From: Schizosaccharomyces osmophilus
Lineage: Eukaryota
Direction: 5' to 3'
NCBI RefSeq assembly: GCF_027921745.1
Contig: NC_079238.1
Location: 4,526,001 to 4,590,000 of the forward strand
Length of the DNA stretch: 64,000 bases
This document shows, one piece after another, positions 45,175 to 58,017 of this stretch. The first letter of the stretch is position 1. Each line of letters begins with the position of its first letter. Made by a program: the position numbers and the translations under genes. The notes under the pieces are model-generated. The model worked only from the letters and a program-made list of their open reading frames with translations, did not search any database and was not told the origin of the DNA.

Positions 45175-45883
45175 CGTGTCCGCCTATACAATACCATACA
45201 GAGTCAGAGAAAACGAACCATCTAGGCAACTATTGTACTTACAAAAGATGGGGATGTCATACAAGTATGGCTTCTTCTATTTACAATAGATACATATGGT
45301 AAATAAATATAGGAAAGGCTGAACTTTCTCTTGTTTACATCAAGTGAAACAGAGTAACGTGTATGGTAGAGTACAACTTACGTCTGGTGTACCCAGTAAG
45401 TTTCTCGCTGTGTTGAGCTTCGTTCGACTACGTAATAAAGTTACAAGGCTGAGTATATGAGTACCGTAATAAGCATTGGAGGTAAACAAAAATAAACGTT
45501 AAAATTGGTGAAAATTGATACAGCTTGAGTTGGTTAAAGTACATAGTAATTTCTGTTGAAAGACTTGAAAAAATAAATTGATTTTCGTGGTTCGTAAAAA
45601 ATAACATAGCTCGACAAATATTTCCGCCTAGAACGACGAAACCAACCATATTTGTATATAAACTACAAAGCAGATCAATGCTTTCTCGTACAAATCGTAT
45701 ACAATGAAACCAAGCTGGAATAGCGAGTCAAAAAAATCGTAATCGTCATAAAGTGAGAATATATGCAACGAACAAAGGAATGTCCTATGTAAAAAGAGTG
45801 CACGCCCATGAAAGGAAAAAATTGAGTAATAAATACAAGAAGAAGGGGACAAGATAATTAGTAAGAGAGTCTTAAGCTTAAAA

Positions 45884-46582
45884 TCAGAGAGATACATTTT
45901 CAATGATGGTTTTCAGCACAGGACACCAGCGAACGCAGTTGGGAACGACACCGCTACACATCATATTTACAAGGACAGCCTTCGCATCAGCATTCTCACC
46001 TTGAAGAGTCAAACGTGAAACCTCCAAGAGCTTTTCAAGCCATACATCATCAAACGTATCGAGAAAGCCTGGTTCTAAAAGACTCTTTTCCACTCGACTC
46101 TTCAACATTTCATGGACTGATGGATCTAAAGAAGACTTTATTTCAAGAATGTTTTGGATAGACTTCTGAAGAGCAGAGACTTCTATATTCTTATGCGCAC
46201 TACCTTCTGTGCTTCTTGAACCTACATACTGACTTGTTTGTTGGTTCTCTTTTGCGATTTCCAAGTGCCGCCCATTCAATGGCAAAGGACTTTCAGCACT
46301 TAAATGGGCAGAATGCTTCGGTGGTTCTAAAGCTGTAGGAGGATAAAGGTTAGAAGGTATCGTGGGCGGTATATGCAAAGAGGGATGTCTTTTGGATACA
46401 GGCAATGCATGTGAAGATTCCAATGACTTATTAGCTTCTTCATATACCAATCGTCGACTAGAAGCGGTTTTCTTCAACGAGCGACTTGGGTTCTGTGAAG
46501 TGTTTGTTTGTGATTCTAGAAAGATATAGGAAGCAGGATCATTCCAATGGGATGTAATTTTTCCAGTTTGGTGAGAAGCCAT
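45884..46582 (-). CDS. Small protein (SPAC24H6.08-like) with SRA1/Sec31 C-terminal-like features
   Basis: 232-aa ORF at the syntenic position: N-terminal WNDP, Pro-rich linker, helical C-terminus ending WCPVLKTII. Confidence 0.75.
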   Translation of the reverse strand: MASHQTGKITSHWNDPASYIFLESQTNTSQNPSRSLKKTASSRRLVYEEANKSLESSHALPVSKRHPSLHIPPTIPSNLYPPTALEPPKHSAHLSAESPLPLNGRHLEIAKENQQTSQYVGSRSTEGSAHKNIEVSALQKSIQNILEIKSSLDPSVHEMLKSRVEKSLLEPGFLDTFDDVWLEKLLEVSRLTLQGENADAKAVLVNMMCSGVVPNCVRWCPVLKTIIENVSL

Positions 46583-47430
46583 AGTTACAGCTATTTGTTT
46601 ACTCCTGCAAACGTTACTAAACAGAGCGATACACGAAATTCAAGCAACCAAATTATTTAATACGAAATGTCAAATACTCGTAATGACCTTTTTCTTAAAT
46701 CTCCAAAAAATAAAAATTATGAAGTTTGATGAAGGCTCTGGTCAGGTTACCTTCTCTTCCTGGGTGAACTCTTGTCATACAACTTTAATTTGGGCCTTGC
46801 GCCATACGGTGATTTCCTACAGGTATCAACTGACTATGTTACTTGTAGTAAATAAACAAACAAAAGGAATCTATTTTAGGAAACTAAAAAATAAAAATAA
46901 ACATCCGCTGCAAAAATACTCTTAGTATCATATGTTTGCTTTCTTTTTTCTTACGTTATTTTAGTCTAATTTCAACTGTACAAGAGGCAAACCATTGTTT
47001 TGCAGCACATTCCCCTTGGCAACTTTGTCTTTTTAAGATAGGTCGAACGATCTTTCACGTTCTTATTTGTACTTGCGACGATTACATTCGTTTACTTAAT
47101 GAGCCATCCTACTTGAAATTGTAGTCAACAAAAACAGCAATGGTGGATCCATCAATAGTTTATAATGGATAGACAGTTCAATTTCTGGTAAACAGCTCCT
47201 TCCTTACTATTTCAAGTAACTTTCACTCAAGCTTCGTCTGTTCTACAATGCTTTCTATGTCCTTTTTTAAAAAAATTTAACTACAACACAACATGTTTCC
47301 CATATGCAATCACAAATAGACCTTCAAACTATTTTTCCTATATAAGGCTTTTATATAAGGCAAAGAAGCAAAACCGGGTAGAATACATTCTTCTATGTGC
47401 ACAAAAGTGCTATAATTAGAACCGTTTAAT

Positions 47431-48064
47431 TTACTCTTCTTCAGCTTCTTCAGCGCCTTCACCACCTTCTTGTTGAGCACGAAGGTGCTTTCTCTTGCAG
47501 CGACCAGGACGGCCACCACCGTAAGGAGAAGTAAGAGCAAAGTCAATGTGCTTTTGAGAGTCCAAACGGACAACGAAAGAGGGGACATTGACAATTTGCT
47601 TACCAACACGGATGTGACGTTGGTAGATCAAGACACGAGCGTGGTGGATAGACTTAGCCAAACCAAGCTTGAAAACTTGGGTTTGCAAACGACGCTCCAA
47701 AAAGTCTTCAATACGAAGAGCCAAGACATAATCAAGCTTCATACGGGTCTCGTCCAAGATACCCAAACGAACAAGACGACGAATGATGGCATTACCCTCA
47801 AAGAGACGCTTAGGGTCCTTCTCGTCAAGAGTCAAAAGCTCACGAGCAGCACGACGGATCTTAGAGAGGGTAAGGGCAACACGCCAGATTTCGTGCTTGT
47901 TTCTCAAACCATATTCACCAGCAAGCTTGAGTTCAGCGTCAAGACGAGCTGACTCGAAGGGACGGCTAGGAACCTTGTAGGTCTTGGATTGCTTGCGCTA
48001 TTTTTCAGTTAGTATTGTAACATATTCTACTATTCTATGGATAACTTACAGGTGCGGAAGGCAT
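47431..48064 (-). CDS. rps9: 40S ribosomal protein S9 (uS4), 2 exons
   Basis: Exon 1 MPSAP (48064-48050), intron 48049-47998, then [16 protein letters not shown]...[19 protein letters not shown]. Confidence 0.97.
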
Positions 48065-48114
48065 TTTTGTGGTGAGGAAAACTCTACACCTTCAGACATG
48101 GATGTGTTGTATAG

Positions 48115-48142
48115 CGTGACTGTTTGCATATTAGGGTAGGGT
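48115..48142. promoter_or_regulatory. Homol D and Homol E boxes of the rps9 promoter
   Basis: CGTGACTG 48115-22 (CAGTCACG on the gene strand) and AGGGTAGGGT 48133-42, the classic fission-yeast ribosomal-protein promoter pair. Confidence 0.85.
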
Positions 48143-48533
48143 TGCATAGAACGTAAACTTCCACCTTGTTTGGGCAGTTACCTTTTCCCTATGTTATTTA
48201 GAAGACTATATTAGCAAACTGTATATTTGAAATTTATTTCACTGATTTTTACTAGCTTTGCATAATATAGCCTTTTATGTATGTTACAGAAAGATGATTT
48301 TAAAGAGGAACTAGTGCATAACGGTACTGCTTTTTCTTTAATACTAGTGTTCAAGTAGTCGCTATATTAACGTTTGTGTGAATGTCTATTCAAGTTAGCT
48401 TGCAGGTGCTGTAAAACTGAAAAAGTTTTAATCGTCTAGGAATATTATTATTATTATTATTATTAATCATAACACGATTATTTGTAACTGTAGAGTAAGT
48501 TCCGAACATTAAAAGGGAATGACTTCTGCTTTT

Positions 48534-50701
48534 CTAAGTCTGTTCCTCGTCGTTACTAGTATGTAGTTTTCGAGGAGTAGTAGGTATACAAACAAAAACG
48601 TTAGGTTTCATAGCATTTCGTGCAGGGGAATCCTGAATAACTGGATCATCTGAGATAACTTTGGTAGGAGAATCGTCAGGCACTGCCGGGTGAGCAGCTG
48701 TTGGTGACTGAAAACTGGCAATCAAGGATGTCCTCTTTCGAGGGGTAGCCTGAACTAAGACAGAATTGGATTGCTTTCGCTGATCTGAATTATGGAATGA
48801 ACCCGAAAGACTATCAACAGAATCAAGAGTCTTTGATCGAGCAAGATCTTGTTTCGCGTTCCCCCCGGAAGGTCTTTGCGGTAAAGCATTGTTTGGATCT
48901 GAACTAGCCAACAACAACTTCTCCGTAAATGATAACTCTGTAGCATTGTTTGAGTGGGGCTGTTCACTGAATGAACTTCTATGCCGAACTAATGATCCGG
49001 ACGAAGGAAGAGCAACTTCTCTGTTTCGAATTCGTGACATACTGTTAATTCGTTTCTTCAAATCTTTCTCACCAAAAGATGTTTTGGAGTCAGAACGTGT
49101 AAGATTTTGAGCAGAAGAAGAAAAGCTTCCTTGACGTTTAAGGTTAGACGATTTCGTATCTCCTGGCGACGAAGATGATGACACTGGTGTCGAGCTGTGC
49201 CATCGTTTTAAAGAAGACGAAGATTCTGTATTAGACCTGGATAATAATTTAGAGCGGCGTGAAGGGTGCTTAGCACGCGGATTCGTGAAGTCTGGTAATA
49301 GAGATAAGCCGTTACATTTGTCCAATAAAACTCTCGCAATTTTGGGGAATTTAGAAGAATAGAAGGGAATTATTCCCTCTTTGCAAAATTTCAGTAATAA
49401 ATCTTCAGTAGAACTAGAAGGTTTTTCCTCAATTGTTCTGCGAATACATAGTCCATCAAACACAAACTCCAATTGGAGCTGAACCTTCTCAAATAAATTT
49501 GGTGGTTCTTTTTCTTTTTTAAAGGGTTTTGTTTTTTTTACTTTGTCACGAGAAGATTTTTGGCTTGCATACTCTGGGTGTATCTTTAGCAATATATACA
49601 GCACCTCAAAGTAAATTAAGACTTTTAATTCGTATTCCTTTGCTTTTAAGGATGAAAACTCCTTCATAAAGTCTGGTTTTTCGCTTTCAAGACTATCTTG
49701 ATTAAGAGCATTTTGTAACCACTGTCGATATCCATGAAGCTCAGTTTCTGACGCTCCATCGTCAAGCTCCAAATGCCATGCTCTTCCGTTTAAGTGGTTT
49801 TGGAAGCAGTTCTGTAGATTTTCTTTCCAAGTTTCTACAGACCGTATGCTTGATAAGAACTTCAAAAGCTCGTCTATAAAACTTTCATCTTTGGTTTTCA
49901 AAAAATAATCCAAAGCATGTGTTCGGTATTTTCCAACTAACTGCTTAGCATAAAACACTACAGGTGTTTTCGTCATTAGCAATTGATAAAAGTACCCCTT
50001 CCTTAGTGAATCAGTTAAATTCTCCAAAGTCGGAACCGGTTCCTCTGAATGAAATACTTTGATATTCTCTGCTTCATCTTGGTTGGCATTTTCCTGCTCG
50101 TAATCTGTGGTAGGATTCGAAGGGGCGATGGATTTGTTACTGCCAATTGATTTATACTCTTGTTCATTTGCCAACGACGAACCAGATTGAATGTTGTGAA
50201 GAGTCTTTTCCATAAACCCCGAGGACAAAAGAGAATTTGCCCTTGACGTCCTTTTTGGAGGCTTTATAGATGAGCCAGACTCGATAGATGTGTTCGAGGA
50301 CTCTGGTATTTGATGATTGGCAATCACTTTTAGCGATCTAAATTCGACCTGATCTGAAAGAAGCATTAAGGCATAGCGATTATCTTCAACATGTTCAATG
50401 GCTACTGTTTGGCTCCCATATAACGTTTTGACACGTCCAAGGAGTACATTCATGCCAGCTGGCCGAATAACTAAAAATTGTAACGAAGAGCAAGAAAACT
50501 CATGGTATTGGGGAGAAGTGCACCACCTTAAGCAAATATACTGTCTTGGCACCGTTATAAGGGGCCAAACTTCCATATAAGACTTTTCCCAGTTTGCAGG
50601 TGCCTGTAAACAATGGTTAGTTAGCTAAATTTTCCGTACAATAAAATTAGCCAAAATACCCTTATACAAAATGACTTTTTAGATGCATGGCTATTATTCA
50701 T
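48534..50701 (-). CDS. sld3: Replication initiation factor Sld3, 2 exons
   Basis: Exon 1 MNNSHASKKSFCIR from 50701, intron 50659-50604, then APANWEKSYMEVWPL. Sld3 core motifs (KTPVVFYAK, EYELKVLIYFE, FDGLCI) and CDK-site-rich tail. Confidence 0.85.
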
Positions 50702-51930
50702 AAGACCCAATCTTCCACGTTCAGTCGGAATACAAGATTTTTGTTTTTTCCAGTTTACAAACCTTGAACACTTTCCTACCTACAGTAGTGTACGTTAAAA
50801 TACTTCTACCGCACAACACCAATGCGGAATAAGGTGATAACAAGTCGGAACGACGTACAAGCTCGTTGCTTGTTTAAAAAGTCACGAAAATAATATAAAG
50901 GGGAATAAAAAAATAAACAACGAACTAAAGTACATAGGCAGAACAAGTAGATATTAAATTCGATTTGGGCGTCCAAATACGATGCTAATAGATGACGAAG
51001 ATCGAACTGTAGTTGGAGAACTTTTATAAAATATTTAGCGAACTTTAGGCAAGTCAACAAGCTAGCCTCACTCAGTCTTCCTTGTTGAACTTTTTCAAAC
51101 ATACACAATTACTATGATGGCAGCGTAGAATAAGTCAAAGTGGGCACAGCCGTAGTCTTAGCTAAAATAATGTACGAAAAGGTAAATGTATTTAGTCAGA
51201 ATAGCCGACCTTTCGATCCGAAGATTCCAGCTAAAATTCCTGGTTCTTATCGTTTCTTCAAAATATTTTATTAATAAATAATATATTTTTATTGATACCT
51301 CAAATTTTTATAAAATTTACACCACAGTAAATTGTTTGTTCATTGTTTGTTTACATTTTGTAATATTCTTATCTTTGTTGTTATAATATTGCTACCATTA
51401 AGAAATATTATGTAGCATCAATGTAGCTACGAAAACACCAAACATGCTAGTGAGAATTATACTTTGCTAATTTCTTTTGAAGCTTTACGCTTTACGATTA
51501 AAATATTTAAACACCGAAGAGTAAAATTGATGACCGAATTGAAATTGGATTTCACAACAAAAAGAATAATTTATAAATTCTATGTTCTCAAACAGCTTAT
51601 TAAGAGTTGTGTTTAGCGGTACGAAACCTATTTTTAACTGCTGTATCGAATAAGAATTAGACTATTTAAGGGACCTCTTCGTTCATACCTTGCTGTGTCA
51701 TGGCATTTGAAAGATAAATAAAACGCCAATTAAGTTTTAATTATCATTAACCGTTTTTGTCAAGTAAAACCTCGTTTTAAACCATAGTCACAACAAAAAA
51801 CGATCGTCGAGAAGCACGAGAAATGAAGTGTGTCAGGATTGCCTATTTTAGTGACAAAGGACATTCCTTCAATATATCACAGTGAAGTAAAAAGTCATAT
51901 ATAATAAAGTTTGAACAAAAAAAGCAAACA

Positions 51931-53718
51931 TCAAAACCTTTTCAAATTTGATAACGAATGCGTTGCTGTAGGGGAGTCATTAATATCGGGAGAAGCCAAC
52001 AGGCTTTGACCAAAAGTGTAACTTTTCGTACGAGTAAAAGTAGCATTGCGCTTGAAGTTATTCATAGCTTTGGAACAAGTCATTACATGAGATGCATCAT
52101 TCATCGGAACATAATTAACAGGATTGCAACGGCTTCTATGATTTTCAAAGAACGATTTATATCCCCCATGTAAAATGTAAACTTCCGGATAGTAAAGGAA
52201 CGGATAACGATGACTATTCATTTCGCGATCCGTATTTCGAAAGTGTAATGCCATATGGGGGGCTCTGTGTGCACTATGTTCACAATGAAAAATGAGAGCT
52301 GTCCGACGTACAAGAGGCTTATTAAAAAATTTCTCAACTACCGCTTGTTTTGAGTTCAAATTTATGGCATTAGCGATGTGGCCTCCCAAATACTCATACT
52401 CAAAGCGACAGTCCACTATTATACATTCATCAAAAATATCTCTATAGTACCCATCCAGAAGTTTGAGAAAAGTATCCTGACTAATTCTTTTTAAAGAATC
52501 CTCTTTGACTCCAAAACAGGGTAAAGAAAGGGTTTCCACTTGAGACGATATATATTCATCAGATTCTTTAGTCGGTTGCTTAGCTGTAGCAGAAATGGTA
52601 TCTTGATATCCCCATAAACCTAATTTGGTTGACTTTAAAAACATGCTTCGGCTACGACGAAGTACCGGTGTATCCTGTTCATCAAAGTCATTTTCTTCAT
52701 TGATAGGAGGGGCTATAGGTGTTGGGGGAATGTTTTCAAAATTATTAAAAGGCATAGAAACGATACCAGATGACCCTTTGACAGGGGACGCTTGAAACAA
52801 ATCGTCCAGTGAATGTTCATCCTCATGGCTCGCATCATGTAGGTCAACATCATAATCACCTTTATCATCATCGGTATCGATATGGTTTACCGTAGCGTCT
52901 TCCAAATTCTCATTCATGAAAGTTTGGTCTTGATCCGACATACTATCAAGTTCATCCACATCGTCACTCAAACAACTCGAAAATATACCATTAGAATTAC
53001 CAGGTCGGCTGCAAGTACGTGATACAGCATAAGACAGTTGCTTATTTACCTGCGCAGTTGGAGGTTTACGTTTATTAACAGAGTAGGACGAACTAGAGCG
53101 TGATCGAAGGAAAGGAGGGGCGGCATTATTTGAAGGACGAGAACGACTAACAGTTGGACGAAGATACAAATCAACGGAACCATTGCTGCTTGAACTGCGA
53201 GAAGAATCATTCAATTTAGAGTGAAAAGACATTGAAGATTTTGGTTTAAACTTGGAGGCAATGGATAAAGGTCTAGGAGAAACTAGGTTGGGAGGTACTG
53301 TGTCCGTAAACTTTCTAGAAGGATGCTGGAGAAGGCAAGAAGGAGACAAGGCAGCGTTGGAGGGAGACTCATCTAAAGGAGAGGTAGCAGAAGCATCCGC
53401 GGGCGGTGTTTCAACCGTACAAGAAAAAGAGCGAAATAATGTACGTCGGGGAGTGGGAAGTGCAGGGCTCCTGTCTATGTGCATGTTCATTGAGAAGTCT
53501 GCGGCAAGAGAAGATGCAGGGGAGGCAGAGGAACGACCTTTACAGAAAGGGTCCATTAACGAGGCATGGGGCTTGGATTTTTGAAAGAAAGAATCCAAAT
53601 CGGAATTAGGATGGATGTTTTCTGGCTCTAACCGCAAGCTTCGAGCAGCAGGACGGACAATGTGTTGCCTATTAGAAAGTGACTGGGACAAGGAGAGGGA
53701 AGACAGAGGAGAGTCCAT
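51931..53718 (-). CDS. cdc25: M-phase inducer phosphatase
   Basis: IVDCRFEYEYLGGHI, active site HCEHSAHRAP, YPEVYILHGGY. Confidence 0.97.
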   Translation of the reverse strand: MDSPLSSLSLSQSLSNRQHIVRPAARSLRLEPENIHPNSDLDSFFQKSKPHASLMDPFCKGRSSASPASSLAADFSMNMHIDRSPALPTPRRTLFRSFSCTVETPPADASATSPLDESPSNAALSPSCLLQHPSRKFTDTVPPNLVSPRPLSIASKFKPKSSMSFHSKLNDSSRSSSSNGSVDLYLRPTVSRSRPSNNAAPPFLRSRSSSSYSVNKRKPPTAQVNKQLSYAVSRTCSRPGNSNGIFSSCLSDDVDELDSMSDQDQTFMNENLEDATVNHIDTDDDKGDYDVDLHDASHEDEHSLDDLFQASPVKGSSGIVSMPFNNFENIPPTPIAPPINEENDFDEQDTPVLRRSRSMFLKSTKLGLWGYQDTISATAKQPTKESDEYISSQVETLSLPCFGVKEDSLKRISQDTFLKLLDGYYRDIFDECIIVDCRFEYEYLGGHIANAINLNSKQAVVEKFFNKPLVRRTALIFHCEHSAHRAPHMALHFRNTDREMNSHRYPFLYYPEVYILHGGYKSFFENHRSRCNPVNYVPMNDASHVMTCSKAMNNFKRNATFTRTKSYTFGQSLLASPDINDSPTATHSLSNLKRF

Positions 53719-55791
53719 AGCTTTGTACAGGAATAATTACAAGCGCCAGGTTTTGTCTGAAGGTAACAAAAAGTAGGATTAAGAAACGCTGGTGAATACA
53801 AAAGACTGAAAGAGAACAAAAGTCACTGCGCAAGAAAGAACCAAACGAAAGAATAAAAAGAAAGACACAGGACGAGTTTTATGTTTCCTTGCCAGGGAAG
53901 AGGGAAAAGAGACCCAAGGTTTGATGAAAGAAATACGGGAGAAGGACAAAACAGAAAAGAAAAAAAAAAGAAAGGAAATCTTTCTGCTTTGCAATAAAAA
54001 CGATTTAAAGAGTGGAGAAACCGTGTAAAGAGAACGGGCAAAGGGGAAGAGGCTGAAGGAACAAGAGGTGAAAAAAAAAAGAGACAACAAACCCACTAAC
54101 GAGACTTTATTTACCAAGTAACCAGACAAATATCGAAGAATTCAAAAAAGAATTCGAAACGAATAAAGAAAACAGCAGGGTTTTAATTAGCTACTTCAAG
54201 ATTGTTGTTGAACAAAACCTGAAATTGTCTTCTGAAAAGTCCACAAGAAGCTAACCAAAAATTTAACAAACTGCTTTGACGAACAGACACTTGCGTTTTC
54301 ATGAAAACACAGGAGCGATGAGAAGCGCCTTTCGACCACTTTGGTAAAAATCTAGTTTTTCCAAATCAGTGGAGACAAGAAGACGATAATCAAAGACCGA
54401 ATCGTCGAAAACAAACACCAGCAGCTAAATCTAGTGTTGTTCTTGCTTTGCAAACACCGTTCTATGGCTCAAAAGCGAGGAGTCAGAGACAATCTACAGA
54501 ACAGTTTAAACGCCAATAAAATAACGGGCAATAAGCAGTAGCTATCGAGCAGAAGGAATCTACTCAAATACTAAGTAAATGAAAGACAAATCGGTATGGA
54601 AAGGTTTGAAAGGGAAGAGAATTTGGCGGTTTGAAGTAGTTGTAGAGGGAAAGTTACTATCTTTCCCCACTTCCTGATGGAGACTACCCTGAAGGAACAA
54701 AAACAAACAGAAGTAGCATGTGACTTCGCCGTGCTTTGCATCAGCATCAGGAAGGCACGTATCTTCTGTCATTTGACAGTTATATCGTTTTCCAAGCTAC
54801 GGTAAAGAGGAAGAACAAAAAAGAAAGACTATTTATGCATAGAAACCGTTTTGTTGCACGCATCCGTATGCGTCAATCGTCTAATATGGGCTTTTACTCA
54901 ATTGACGACGTCATACACACAAGTAACATCGTTACCGTAAACGTTGCAGCAACAACAAACGCAAAGAATCTGATGGATGCAAACAAACAAGGCGGAGCCA
55001 AGCAGTGCTTTGAAATGCACATTGTTTATATGTTCAAATAAATAATTTGGTCTTGTTCCCCGACTATGTTTACCTCTCGTTGCTGTGGTAACCATCGGTT
55101 AGAATAAGCAAACAAGTTCCCTTTTAGGGCCGATATTGAACGTTGGAAACGCCAAATTCCTATGTTTCCAGATAAAACTAAATAAACAATATTAAAGGTT
55201 GAAAGGATTTCTATTTAATCCCATCTTTCTCTGCTCTCGCTGTTCTTGATCACTACCAGTGCTACTATATTTAGAAATCCCAGCTCCAATCTGGGCTATA
55301 GTACTACAGTTCCATTCCCGCTAACCTTTTTTACCTTAACAACGAATTTCTTCTTGTTATTCTGTTAAAGGAATCACTAGGTTAAAACTTGTAATCCCGT
55401 CTATTCACCCAAGATATAATTCCACAGAAAAGTCTAAACAATTACAAAATCACTCGCGATTATATTAAAAAAGTAATCATTCTAGGTTATGGTTCAACAC
55501 AAACAACATCAACAATAAAAAAAAGGGTTCAAAGAAGATTAAGGACGTCTATAATTTCTAAAACCATTCATGCTCAGTTCTGCAAAATATTAGTCGGCAC
55601 TATATAAGGATAGATCCTTAGAACTGAAGGGTAGGTTTCTTATAAAGGCTCGCAAGCAACGAAACCCTTAGGATATTTCGAATCCTCCATTTTCCGCCAA
55701 TTTACAAATGGACGCATTCAACCTAATGGCACAATTTCGCCTTTGAGTATGGCAAAATTAGATATTCTAGGTTAGCACGCTGTCGGCTTCT

Positions 55792-57243
55792 CTACTTTCT
55801 AACTTTGTCCAATGCCTCTTTGGTTAAAGCTTTCCCCTTAGCTTGAAGAGCACTCACCAAAGCTGCACCAACGCCACTACCGTCTTCAGCAGGAGTCGTA
55901 ATAACCTTACCGCCAACCTCCTCACCGAGAACTTCCTTAAAGGCTGCTTCTAAACGCTCCTTGAAGTGCGGGTATTTGTTATAAACACTGCCGTCGGTAC
56001 CAATCATCATGGATTGCTTCTTGGTCTTGAGGACAAGGGCACAGACACCACAGGCAGACAAACGGGCAGCACGTGTACCAATTAATTCACAGGTACGGCG
56101 GATCAAATGACGCTCTTCTTCAGTAGTAGTTAATCCGTAGGTATTCTCAAGCAACTGTTCAGTTTCGTCTAGGTTTTCGAAAGGATCCACCTCAATCATA
56201 CTCAACACAGAAGTATCCATGGCCAATGGATCACGAAGCTTGGTGACATCTTGATTAGCAAACATAACACCATTCTCATGCAAATCTAAAAGGATACGAC
56301 GCAAGATGTCTCCCATGTAACATCCAGCAATCATCTTTTCGTATGTTTGCAAACCAGGGCGTGGGTGGTCAGCATCGATAGCCAAATCATACTTGGTACG
56401 AGGTAAGACAACATGTTGATTGTCAAAGTCGCACCATTCACAGTTGATAATCATGGACATATCAGCAGGCAAACGATAACCGTGAAGTTTGGGAATCTCA
56501 TCAAAGCGCTCGATATAGCAAGCATTGCAACCAGTACCAAAAATGACACCAACTTCAGTACCTGGTTTTGTGTAGTTTGAAGCAACCAAAGTACCAGTGG
56601 TATCGTTCAAGACTGCGTTTAGAGTTACGTTGTTGCATCCAACACGCTTCAAAGCGTCGCTAAACAAAGGAACAATGCTTTCGCCCTCAACACCATCAAT
56701 ATCAAATCCCTTGGTCCACGCAATCAATACTGCATCGTCAATTGATGCTTGCTTGCAAGGGTAGGAAAAGGTAAAGCCAATTTCTAATTTTTTGTCGCCT
56801 TCGGGGTGATTCTCTTCGACAAACTTCTTGACACATGTAGCAATGTAGTCAAAGAGCTCTTCACGAGTACCAGTCTTCAAGGCTTGAGGCATACGATATT
56901 TGTTTTGTATGATGTCGAATTTGCCATTACCTTGAACATCAACCTCACAGACACGTAGGTTTGTACCACCCATGTCGAGGGCCAAATAAGAACCAGTTTC
57001 TGAACCATCGGGGCAGCTAGTAACCCAGGTAGGTATCATAGGAATATCACCTGGTTGAGTAGTCAAACCACGCTTCAATTCGGAAACAAAACGTTCAGTG
57101 ACGCGTTTCAAAAGATCGGTAGGGACAGTGAACTGAAATTCCAACTCCTTCAAATGATCCAACAATGTTTTGTTGAGCTTAATCGCAGATCCCTTACGAG
57201 AGGGAGTACGAGAAGGCCAGTGGTAAGCATCATGCAAAGACAT
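55792..57243 (-). CDS. hxk1: Hexokinase 1
   Basis: LALDMGGTNLRV, GFTFSYP, WTKGF, NDTTGTL, AEDGSGVGAAL. Confidence 0.96.
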   Translation of the reverse strand: MSLHDAYHWPSRTPSRKGSAIKLNKTLLDHLKELEFQFTVPTDLLKRVTERFVSELKRGLTTQPGDIPMIPTWVTSCPDGSETGSYLALDMGGTNLRVCEVDVQGNGKFDIIQNKYRMPQALKTGTREELFDYIATCVKKFVEENHPEGDKKLEIGFTFSYPCKQASIDDAVLIAWTKGFDIDGVEGESIVPLFSDALKRVGCNNVTLNAVLNDTTGTLVASNYTKPGTEVGVIFGTGCNACYIERFDEIPKLHGYRLPADMSMIINCEWCDFDNQHVVLPRTKYDLAIDADHPRPGLQTYEKMIAGCYMGDILRRILLDLHENGVMFANQDVTKLRDPLAMDTSVLSMIEVDPFENLDETEQLLENTYGLTTTEEERHLIRRTCELIGTRAARLSACGVCALVLKTKKQSMMIGTDGSVYNKYPHFKERLEAAFKEVLGEEVGGKVITTPAEDGSGVGAALVSALQAKGKALTKEALDKVRK

Positions 57244-58017
57244 TATTGTAATAGTACAGTATCTTTAAGGTCTAAAAACCAAAAGCAAAAATAAAAATAA
57301 AAAGAGAACGAGGATAAGTAAACAATGAGGAATGCTAGACTATTTTAAAAAACTCGATGAAACCCGATAACAATCAAACAAAGTATAAAAGATATTTCGC
57401 GAAAATAACAAATTCCTTTGCCGCGTTTTGTTCGCAAAAATAGTTAAAAAATGGATTGTAAATGTGTTTGGTTTAGTTAAGGAAAGAAATCAACCGATTA
57501 ATTTAAGCGCGTATTCAAAGGAAGGGTATGACACCAACATAGCTACTATAGTAAATACTCCGGTTCTGTTGACCCATCTACCGTAGGATCAGACTTTTAT
57601 ATCTTTAGAAAAGATGATAAAAATGTAATGCATCGCGGTAAATGACTTAACTTTCGGTACTTTATCCGGACTATTAGTATCTGTTACTATTTTAGAAATC
57701 AACTCGTAAATCGTTGGTTTGAGAATCCTTAAATAAATTGACACTAATTAACATATTTCCAAGCTTCCATTGTACCAGTGAATACGATATTTTTCTCTTG
57801 AAGAACTCATAGCTCCATCACTGTAATAGTAAGTAGTAATCAGGTTGAACAGATGTTTCCATTCCTTTCCTGAATTCAAAATAAGCTACTGTCTTTCGCG
57901 ACAATCTGTCAGGCTTTTCCAAAAAGTTTTCATCAAGTCACATAACCTCGATTAGTTAGAGTATAGCAGCCAATTTTTATTTTTAATTTATACATTCTTT
58001 AAATAAACATGATTCCA

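Noticed and set aside
47470..47952. 160-aa antisense ORF on rps9 (also antisense ORFs on the DAHP synthase gene and uba3)
   Set aside because: Typical shadow ORFs of genes with strong codon bias.
51250..51420. AT-rich tract between sld3 and cdc25 as a replication origin
   Set aside because: Plausible for fission yeast, but not distinguishable from ordinary intergenic DNA by sequence alone.
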